A stretch of 64,000 bases of DNA, from NCBI GenBank assembly GCA_951406725.2, contig OX597818.1, forward strand, positions 121,582,001 through 121,646,000, in the 5' to 3' direction. The position numbers and the translations under genes are program-made. Below are positions 40,007 through 49,859 of the stretch, one piece after another (within the stretch, counting starts at the first letter, position 1; each line of letters begins with the position of its first letter). Under the pieces are notes generated by a model. It saw only the letters and a program-made list of their open reading frames with translations, was not told the DNA's origin and made no database searches. The DNA is from Octopus vulgaris (lineage: Eukaryota).

Positions 40007-41149
40007 CAAATTGGGTATTGTTAGTTAATACTTTAATTCACAAATATCTTAATATTTCAGAACAGAACACAGAGTTTACAAAGGTTAATATGTGTAACAT
40101 TAACATATAAATTGGGAACAAATATACCATTTTATTGGAAACAGATTAATAAACTATAAAAGGATGCTTAAATTCCATGGAAGCAAGAAAAAGGCAGGAG
40201 ATTTAAGTTTTTCTAACAACCTTAATTGCCACTACAAGCAGTTTCCTTTTGTTATTTAAAGTAAAATATGTATTTTGTTTTTATTGTATATAAAAATATG
40301 AACATCTATATATCAGTAGAAATGATCCTTCCCATAGAGATATATTTATGGAAGAAAACAATTGTTTGGACAAGTTTAATCACCTGGGATATGATGTATT
40401 CATCACTACATTTACATAGAAATTGTTATCACTGGCTGGTTATTATTTACAGGTGAGAACATAGAAGGACTAGTTTAGAAATGGTAGGAAAATTATTTCT
40501 AATACAGGTACAATGCCACACATTTAGACTGTGTGTGTGTAAAGCTGATTGTTATAATTCTAGAAGAATGAAAAACTCAGGCTTAGTGGAATTTGAATCC
40601 AAGACATAAAAGCTTGTATCTAAATACAAGGAATTTATTTTGAAGCTAACAATTCTGCCAAACTACCTCAGGAAATTAACATTAAAAAAAGTAACAGGTT
40701 CAGGAAATTAATATATAAAAAAAAGGTAACAGGTTCATGAACAGAGACTCAAAGTCAGTTCATGCATAGCTTGAGACTGTTTAGTGATAAACAAGTTAAA
40801 TAGTGAAATTGTTTCTTGTATTGCAGGCAGTTTTCCAAAGTCAGCAAAAGTCAAGATAGTATCAAGGAAGTAAAGAAATGCAGGAAATTAAAAGCATGTT
40901 TGGTGTTAGTGAAATAGAGTCAGAAAGGCGTACCTAACATTTCAAATTGCAAAGCTGATAATCTATTCAACAAACTTATACATTTAATGTAATCTAAAAT
41001 AATAATAATAATAATAAACGGAAGTACAGACAAACTAAATACAAACTATTTCACTGAATTAATAAAGAGAAATAGGCGGGGGAGGGGTTAATCTAACAAG
41101 AGAAAAAGAGTCACAGCAATATACAACATACAAGAAAACCATCTCAACA

Positions 41150-41295
41150 GTATTCAGGTTCAAATTACGGCTGTCTGGCATCAGACTCAACACAGAGGCC
41201 TACATCAAGTGCCTAGAAGGGGTAGTGCTCTCTTGGGTCAAAAGGGTGGCTGCTAGAAGACTATATCTGGCAACAGAACTCTGCACCATGCTTGT
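41150..41295 (+). mobile_element. Tc1/mariner (maT-like) transposase fragment
   Basis: NTEAYIKCLEGVVLSWVKRVAARR..WQQNSAPC. Confidence 0.55.
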
Positions 41296-42484
41296 GTGGC
41301 ATGGTGTTTTCATACTCGTTCTCATAGATATTTTCTTTAAACTGATTTTTATCAAATTTTTTTAAACAAATAGTCACCATACCCAAATATTTTGAAATAT
41401 TGTTATGCAGTTTGATATACATGTGTTGACGTATATTAGCTAGTATAATATGGCGAAGTTTCGCATGTCGTAGATCAGGAAACTATGCCTATAATATTAA
41501 CCAAATGAAAGTGAAGTAGGTTAGACGTGGTAACAGCTGTGTAGTCTGGCAATGATACTGTACGTTAGTCAAACTAAAATTAAATTACGAACCAAATACA
41601 AATATAGCGAATACCTTAATATTCCTAAGTTAAGTTTACAAAAATACATATTTTCTTTACTTAGAAAATTAATTTAGATACAAGAAAACAAAAGAGTACA
41701 TGTCGTAAGTTTAGTTTCAACACACAGATGACGGTTAGGTAAACAAAAAGTTGCTTTGAAAATTATTTCTTGTATCTTGCATTTCAATTGTCCTATACAA
41801 ACACACACAAACAGTTCATGTAGGAAGACGAACAGACAAATAAGGATACAATTTTAATGAAAATATGTTGTTCGTGAATTATCACATATTAGTTTACTAA
41901 GATGACGAACTTATAGTTGTGGCTTCATCGCTATTTTTTTTTGTTCTTTTATTGTTTATTTTCAGAGTTTATATTGCTGCAGAATAAAGTTGTGTGAAAG
42001 TAGTGAGAGAATAAAACAGTGAAAGGTTGTAGCCGTCGGCAGAGTTCGGAGACAAAAAAACATTCAGAAGAAAAGTATTTCTTTCTTTATGTTACATGAA
42101 ACACGTATGAATAAGATTAGGCTGTGTTTTGTGATTGTTATTGTAATGACTATAATTAGCAGATTTCCATAGAGGTGTGCGGCTGTTTAAATTATGATTG
42201 GTAATCACCTCAAATAGCAATGTGGCAGGACAAAAAGATGGGAAAAACTCATACTCAAAATGTTCCATAGGATCAGAATTTTCTTGGGTTTTTCTCTTCT
42301 TTTTTTTTTAAAAAATAAAACGTAAAATACGGGTGTTTATTCACTTCCTTTTTGTTTCCGTTTGGCAGGAGGAAGCAGTTGTGAATCATCCAGAGAAGTG
42401 TTGACTGCTTGGTATGAACATCACCACCCACTTTTTTTTTTTTTTTACAATGAAATAAACATCATTTTGTACATGCAGTAGACA

Positions 42485-42664
42485 TTACACCAAGTTCCGT
42501 CTTCTGGCATAGTAACCTAAACAGGCACATATGCCGAGAATGCCAACCACGAGTCCCAGCACCAGTGCCAGAGCATCGCCGGCATCGAACGCCGACACTC
42601 CTGGGGTGAGGAAAGCGAAAATTAGAAGAAACGACAGAGACAGAAAACTCACCAAGTCAGCCAT
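42485..42664 (-). CDS. SMIM30: Small integral membrane protein 30 (SMIM30/MAVI1)-like microprotein, 59 aa
   Basis: Uninterrupted ATG..TAA ORF: MADLVSFLSLSFLLIFAFLTPGVSAFDAGDALALVLGLVVGILGICACLGYYARRRNLV. Signal peptide, one TM helix and a basic tail. The AGDA(L/I)AL.LG....GICACLG.YAR.RN motif matches human SMIM30 as recalled. GC-rich island in AT-rich surroundings. Confidence 0.9.
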   Translation of the reverse strand: MADLVSFLSLSFLLIFAFLTPGVSAFDAGDALALVLGLVVGILGICACLGYYARRRNLV

Positions 42665-42774
42665 CTTTAAACACTACAACAACACGTGACACAATCTATA
42701 AAGAGAAAGGAGGCGTGTCGCCAAGAACGACGACTCACATGTGACAACATATATATATATATATATATCAAGAG

Positions 42775-43149
42775 AAATACTTTATAATTAGGGTTCAGCA
42801 AAGATTTACTTTACCACATACCGAAATTTAGAAATAGCAGCCAAAGAACCTTAGCTATTTCCTCTACTCCAAAAAGAGACTCGGATCTTTTAAATGCAAG
42901 AAATTAAAGACGAAATATGTTACAAACTATAGAATTTTCTCATTCTAAGAGAAGATGATGTTTTATAAACACATTCTACCAGTATACGAGGTTTAAAATT
43001 TTTTAGTTACCTAGAAATTATGTTAAAAACTGCCGTTCAAACCGAAAAGATCCAGAGACTCTACTTTAAAAAGAGTCTATTGGCTGCTATTTCTAAACTT
43101 CGGTATGTCGTAAAGCAAATCTTTGCTGAACCCTAATTATAAAGTATTT
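42775..43149. mobile_element. Fold-back MITE containing a nested GGATCT-type MITE (42883-43053, TSD AGAGACTC)
   Basis: Outer TIR aaatactttataattagggttcagcaaagattt..; the inner element has a perfect 8-bp TSD. Confidence 0.85.
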
Positions 43150-43903
43150 ATAAAGTTTACCGTGAAATGGTCCTTTTTCATGCCGAATTCTACTTGGTGA
43201 AATTATTGATTACTAGTTAATTAATTAATTTTACCCTTTGTTATTATAAAGAGAAATAGATAGATAGATAGATACAATTCGAAGGGAGTCAACTCACTTA
43301 ATTTACCCTTCACAAACGAATTTTGTTTTATTTACTTTTCGCTCGTGTATATAACCTTTAAAAGTGCATAATAGATCATGCGTATTTAGCACTAATCACT
43401 TTAACGGCTAGTTTGAAAAGGGGCTTAGATTTCACTTTTACCCTAAGTTAATACCCAACTTTACACAGACTTGTGTGTGTGTGTGTGTGTCTCTCTCTCT
43501 CTCTCCATATATATATATATCTAAATTTAAAATGAGAGTGAGAAATTGGATATTAATTTAATTAACATCAATTTAACACCAGTGGTCTAGCATATTAAAA
43601 TCTGAAGGTCCAGAAAATTGTATTACATACGTATGAGAGGGATGACCACTATGTGGACAACCCTTATGCTAGAAATAGATCCGCTATGGTCTTACCACTA
43701 AGAAATGTTCTCAAGAAAAAATTTATATATATATAATATGAATTAAAGATAAAACCACTATTATGCAACTCAAACAGTGATAGACATAAACTAATACATA
43801 AATAACAAATAATATATATCTAATTTTTTTAAAATATAGAACTTATAACTAGATCTCAAAAAGTATAAAAAATATATAATCAATGAATATATATATATAT
43901 ATA

Positions 43904-44435
43904 GGCACAGCCACACATGTGCCCCATCGATTTGTTTCCTCATACCTTCCAGAAAAATGGATACTTCTTGATGAAATTTTTTACAAATTTACTTCAGATG
44001 GTATAAATTCCCATTATATTAGAATTCACAGTGAAAACGTTTTTTTTCCTACGGTGGGGAGGGTAGTTTCTGTAAATCTACACAAATTGCATTTGTTTCT
44101 TCATAATTTTTCGAAAAATGGATATTTTTAATGAAATTTTGTATAAATACTTTTCAGAAACCGTATAATATGATCATATTGGAATTTAATATAATATAAT
44201 ATAATATATATATATATATATATAATTGTGGGCTCGCACTTGTACATACAGCCTCTTGTGAATTTTCAGAAACTTTCCCCCCTCATCTGTAGAAAGATTT
44301 GTTCATAACAAATTCTGATATAATAAGGATCTGCACCACCTGGAGCATATCTGTAAAAACTTTCATTTAAAAATATCCATTTTTCTGGAAGTTATGAGGA
44401 AACAAAGTCTAGGGGCACTCTTGTGTAAGTATGCC
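43904..44435. mobile_element. MITE with about 85-bp imperfect TIRs flanked by TA
   Basis: GGCA..tttgtttcctcata.cttccagaaaaatggata / tatccatttttctggaag.tatgaggaaacaaa..TGCC. Confidence 0.7.
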
Positions 44436-44987
44436 TATACATATACATGTTTATGCATATTTATTTCCATATATGTAAACAAATGTTTGTAAACACCCAC
44501 ACACACACACATAGACACACGAACGCATGCAAACACACACACACACACTCACACAAATATATATCTCATTTGAGCAAAAATAAGCTAAGAGTTTAGAAGT
44601 TGCTAGTGGCGCGTCTTCGAACAACATAGACAAATACAGATATATCAGATTCCATACAACATAAAGTCTTAATTTATCAAACTAATCTCCACCTCAAGAG
44701 CATATGTCATAATTACCAAATGCCAACTAAGATCAGCTCCACTTGAGAAGGGGAGATAATTTCAAGAATCAAAACTTCTCCAAAAGTTGACATACTATCA
44801 ACCCTTTAGTATTGAACTGGTAATATCGACCCAAATATTCTGCTTGTTTTATGTTGAAACTGGCCAGATTCCACCTTTCACACCTACCCAGCAATGTCAT
44901 TCTAAAATTTAACAATCACATTATTGAAATCTCAAAGCTGAGATAATGCATGATCAATTCAAAACGATGTGAATGAATCATCATTAT

Positions 44988-45280
44988 CATCATCATCATC
45001 ATCATCGTTTAACGTCCGCTTTCCATGCTGGCATGGGTTGGACGATTTGACTGAGGTCTGGCAAACCAGATGGCTGCATCAGGCTCCAATCTGATCAGGC
45101 AGAGTTTCTACAGCTGGATGCCCTTCCTAATGCCAACCACTCCGGGAGTGTAGTGGGTGCTTTTACGTGCCACTGGCATGAGGGCCAGTCAGGCGGTACT
45201 GGTAACGGCCACGCTCTAATGGTGCTTTTTATGTGCCACCTGCACAGGAGCCAGTCCAGGCACTGGCAACGACCTCGCTC
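44988..45280 (-). mobile_element. RTE-related SINE/LINE tail with (GAT)n end; other copies about 52945-53320(+), 53893-54235(-), 55741-56000, 57035-57395(-), 59710-59850(+)
   Basis: Consensus gagtggttggcRttaggaagggcatccagctgtagaaa..ccaacccatgcYagcatggaaagcggacgttaaaYgatgatgat. Confidence 0.75.
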
Positions 45281-46927
45281 AATTTTTTTTTTTATACGCA
45301 TTATATTAGACAGAGTAATCTGAATACTAAAGGATCAAAGAAAGGGACAGGCCTTTTACCTGGAAATAAGGGGACAGTTGTGGGCACATGTTTTGGGCAA
45401 AATAGCAATCATCAATACACTTGTCCAACCTAATCTCCAATAGCCAAAGAATGTAGAATTTAGGCAATGAGCACAAAATGATAATACAGGAGGTCTACGT
45501 TTTACCAAATGTTGTATTAGTTAAACCCTTAAAAAAGATAGAGAAAACTAGCATTTCAGATGCTAGTCCTTCATCAGAAAATTAAAAAATGAGAAAAGTA
45601 GTGGTTGAAAAAGGTGTGTGTTTGTCTATGCCACCACACCTTGTCTGTCCCTGTTAAACTTTCCTCAAACCCTAACCCTAACATTTATCTCCCAAACACC
45701 CATTCTTCTGTCACTTATTTACTCAGCTGCTGTAATTATATATGAGAGCAGACCTGCATATATGTCATCCCCACTTTTGAGCTACCAATTATCCCTCTCT
45801 TTAGGGGTCACTTCCTTTGTCGCTTATCTTGCCTTCTCATTATCATTCCTTACCAATTTATTCTCTACTGAATGCCTTTTTCCTCTCAGCACTCTCTCAT
45901 ATTTACCATCATTGTTCTATAGCATTCCCTATGTATCTCCAACCTCCAGCTCTGCCACTGTAGTCCATCTCTCACCCCCATCATTTCCATATTTCTCTCA
46001 TATCTTCACCTTTATTATACTGTTCCCCCACCATCCCATTTTATGTACTGCCACTTACTGCCTCCCCATCCCTGACCCACTTCTATTTTCCTTTAGCTTC
46101 CTCCAAAACTGAGACTCGTTACTGACCACACTCCCAATCATGTTCACCATTCATTGGATTTATCTCTATCTTGATCTTTAACCATCAGTCATTCTCCTTT
46201 CACGTACTCTCCAACTAATGCATCCATACTTCCAGATCCTCTGACCATATTCTGGCTTACTTTCACTTTCTTCTTCTACCTTGAGGGTACACTCTGACAC
46301 CCCATCACCACTATTTTTAGCTCTGGCAACTGAACTACACACATATATTCTTTTATTCTCTTATTTGTTTCAGTCATTTGACTGTGGCCATGCTGGAACA
46401 CCACCTTGAAGGGCTTTTAGTCAAAGAAATCAACCCTGGAAATTATTCCTTGTAAGCCTAATACTTATTGTATCATTCTGTTTGCTGAACTGCTAAATTA
46501 CAGGGACATAAACACACCAACATCAGTTGTTAAGAGAAGGTGGGGAAACAAACACTGACACACACACATAAATATATATATGCACACACACACACACATG
46601 TATATAGTTATGTTATATTCTATTAAGAGTAAGATGGAGTACAGTATAAAGCTCATCCACCTTCAGATTTAACGCTATGCTATCCAGTAGTAGTAATATA
46701 CGTACTACTATATTTGCATTTGGGCTTCTGTAGTGTGTGAATAGATAACTGAATATGTTGGACAGGGTGAAATCTGAAGGTGGACAAGTTTTATACTGTA
46801 CTCTATCTTATTCAATTATCTATTCACCCACTACAGAAGCACAAACATAAAACCTGGAAGTACACATAATATTACTACTGGATAGCAAAGTTGGTTGATT
46901 TCAGTTGTCGGCAACAAATGAATTTAA

Positions 46928-47210
46928 GGTACTACTTAAGAAGGGTGGTCCCGAGTCGTGACTAGTCGATCCTTACTTTGTGTTTTTGTGTTCTATTTAC
47001 TTTGTTTAGAAAAATTATTTACTTTGTGTTTTTGTGTTTTATGTACTTTGCTTTAAAAAATTATTTACTTTGTGTAAAAAAAAAATATTTATTTTGTGTT
47101 TTATTTACTTTGCTAGGTAGTCGTTGTAGGATCGACTAGTCACGACTAGCTAGCGCGGATGCGCGACTACGCGAGTGCGCGCACCGGGACCACTCTTCTT
47201 AAGTAGTACC
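46928..47210. mobile_element. CpG-rich MITE with GGTACTACT termini (Mutator-like)
   Basis: GGTACTACTTAAGAAG..GGTCCCG / CGGGACC..CTTCTTAAGTAGTACC; internal tttactttg tandem repeats. Confidence 0.75.
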
Positions 47211-47216
47211 TGAATG

Positions 47217-48121
47217 GGATCTTTTCACTTTGACCGGCAGATTTTAAAAATAATTTCTTTGTAACTAAACACTTTTAAACTTCGTATACTGGTAGAATGT
47301 GTTAATAAAACATCTTTTTCTCTTGGCTTTCTTGAGAAAATTCTGTAGTTTGTAAGCTATTTGTTGTTTAATTTCTTGCATTTCGGTAATTTCAACCAAT
47401 CAATGACGTCTATTGAGGTGAATACAATTCCTGTCGTAATGTGTCAACAACAATTATTTGCGGTGTCATATGAATTTGTTACAGTTATTTATGAGAAAAA
47501 AGATACCTTGTGGCCATAAACTGAGGGGTCACTCGTAAACAGAGCTGGATAAAAAAACCGTTCCCTCTTTAGTGTCCACCCATAATTATTAAGAGAAAAA
47601 GATGTTTTATAAACACATTCTACCAGTATACGAAGTTTAAAAGTGTTTAGTTACAAAGAAATTATTTTAAAAATCTGCTGGTCAAAGCGAAAATATCCCC
47701 TGGGACCTTTTCGGTTTGAACGGCAGTTTTTTCTAGCAGTGTCATATGAAATTGTCACCCATAATTATGACCCTAGAATCGATCTATTGCATTTCAATCT
47801 GTTTTAGGGTTAGGGTTAGGGGTGGGGGGAAGGGTATCATTTTTTCTTCAGAAATGTAAATAAAACCAATCTGTTTCTTAAATGAGGGACATATTCATAC
47901 GGCACAGAATTTTTTCACCTCAATAGACGTCATTGATTGGTTGAAATTGCAGAAATCGAAGAAAAAAAACAACAAATATCTTACAAACTATAGAATCTTC
48001 TCAATAAAGCCAAGAGAAAAAGATGTTTTATAAACACATTCGACTAAGTATACGAAGTTTAAAAGTGTTTAGTTACGTGGAAATTATTTAAAAAAAACTG
48101 CCGGTCAAACCGAACAGATCC
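47217..48121. mobile_element. Two abutting GGATCT-type MITEs (47217-47698 and 47703-48121)
   Basis: Same TIRs and body as 15935-16302 and 19850-20273. Confidence 0.85.
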
Positions 48122-48154
48122 AAATACAGATATGGATATAATAAAAATTCGAAA

Positions 48155-48365
48155 ATTTCCGCCCCCCCCCCTCCACTACCCTAAAGCAAGTCTAAAAGTA
48201 TTCACCTGTCAACGGAAGTAGTTTTCTTTTGTGTAAGTCCACCAGAGTCATCTCCCTTATAAAAACACGCGGTACACATGGCCTACACGGAGCAATGACA
48301 CAAACAGTGAAGAAATTATATTTAAAAACAATATATGTATACAAAAAGAAATTTGATTTGCATCA
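48155..48365. promoter_or_regulatory. Putative (bidirectional) promoter region of SUPV3L1 / SMIM30
   Basis: GC-box-like CCGCCCCC at 48159, ETS-like CGGAAGT at 48213, TATAAAAA at 48258, all directly upstream of the SUV3 ATG. Minus-strand splice donor CAG|GTGAAT at 48206/48205. Confidence 0.45.
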
Positions 48366-48633
48366 ATGGCTCTAGTATTCGCTGTAAGATCTACAAAATA
48401 TTTTCGAAATGCCGTTACTGTATCTAAACTATATCATCGTCATATTTCTTGTTTAAACACGCTTTATCATAGTCCTCATCGATCGTCTGCTGATATATAT
48501 TATTTACCATGTCGTTGGAAGAATACCGGCCAAAACAAGGATTTAAGTTCTTTATTCCATCCTCTGAGAGCTTCTCCGGTGAATAAAGATAGTGACAATA
48601 TCGGGGCCGAACTCAGTGGAACACTTAATAAAG
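48366..48633 (+). CDS. SUPV3L1: SUV3 mitochondrial ATP-dependent RNA helicase, coding exon 1 (includes putative mitochondrial targeting peptide)
   Basis: R/K/S-rich, acid-poor N-terminus MALVFAVRSTKYFRNAV..., then DLSSLFHP...NIGAELSGTLNK. Ends at an AAAG|GCAAGT GC donor, whose phase 1 is required to join exon 2. Confidence 0.85.
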
Positions 48634-49601
48634 GCAAGTATGTGACCTTCGTGTATAAATGTAATAATATTCTGTAATTAGCAAAATACACGGTACCCGG
48701 TTTAACATGACAACCTGGTATCTTGGATAACTTTAGCTAAGTTTACTTTTTTGCAGGCTTTCGGATTAAATTTCTTTGTTCCACCCTCACCTACATTTTG
48801 TCTGCACTCTTTCAGGTTTGGTTTTGGCCCCTTTAAGCTTATATATCTAGGGAAGCTTGTAAAGGTCACGTTCACGAAACAAAGAAAATATTTTTATATT
48901 TGAGAACAAACGGCCCGACCTCACAGTAAAGCTCATATCTAGTTTTAAACTTGTTTCCCATGAATATATTTTGTATTATTTTCAGCATCGAAAAAATTGT
49001 ATATATACGTGTTATTTTTATTTCATATTACTCATATTCATTGTGTACAAGTTACATGTCGAGGAAATAAAACCTGGCAAATATTGAGGAATTACAACCG
49101 TGTTTCGTGGACTGCTACCACAACAGCTCCTTTATAGGATCCAGTTAACTCAAGACATCATCAGGAGGGACCACGTCCAGTTTCGGAACCCTACTCCTCT
49201 ACCGTTATGACGTGGTGGGGCCCCCGCTTTCGGAGGTGTCTTCAGCTCTGGTGTTGGGTGCATGTCTTCTTTCTTCTGTTCCCTGGCCTCTTGGGTCATA
49301 AAATATTTCAGCCGATAGCTTGGGGTCCCTCTCTTTTAAGTTTCTTTCAGAACTGGGTTTCAAAATGTTGAAGGTGTTGGGCGAGAATTTCGATTGCAAT
49401 CGTAAGGGGGGCAACATCGCAAATGTGGTTTCTGGTGCTACTGTCAAAATAAATTATTAGCTATGTCCCGTATATTTAATAATCATTTCTACAGAGTGAT
49501 AAGAAGAAAAGACATCGTACATGTATGCATGATATATAGTCAGTGAGAAGTAAACTATGTTGTCATTTTGTCACGTAAAGGCTTCGTCGATATCTTATTA
49601 T

Positions 49602-49859
49602 TGTACTACTAGCGAACAGTGGTCCCGGTGCGCGCACTCGCGCATCCGCGCTAGCTAGTCGTAAGTAGTCGATCCTACAACGACTTGCGCGTATGTTTGT
49701 ATTTCAAGGCTGAATACAAGATCGCCTATTATTTTTATAAACAAACTAAGGTTAGGGTTAAGTTTAGGGTTAAAAAGTCGTTGTAGGATCGACTACTTAC
49801 GACTAGCTAGCGCGGATGCGCGAGTGCACGCACCGGGACCACTGTTCGCTAGTAGTACC
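49602..49859. mobile_element. CpG-rich fold-back MITE with 9-bp TSD (Mutator-like) in SUPV3L1 intron 1
   Basis: About 85-bp near-perfect TIRs; TCTTATTAT at 49593-49601 and 49860-49868. Confidence 0.85.

Noticed and set aside
45618-46112. 164-aa hydrophobic ORF
   Set aside because: Pyrimidine-rich low-complexity DNA, GTG start, no splice or homology support.
48278-48298. 6-codon uORF (MAYTEQ*) upstream of SUPV3L1
   Set aside because: TSS unknown; if TATAAAAA at 48258 is used, the ATG lies upstream of the TSS.
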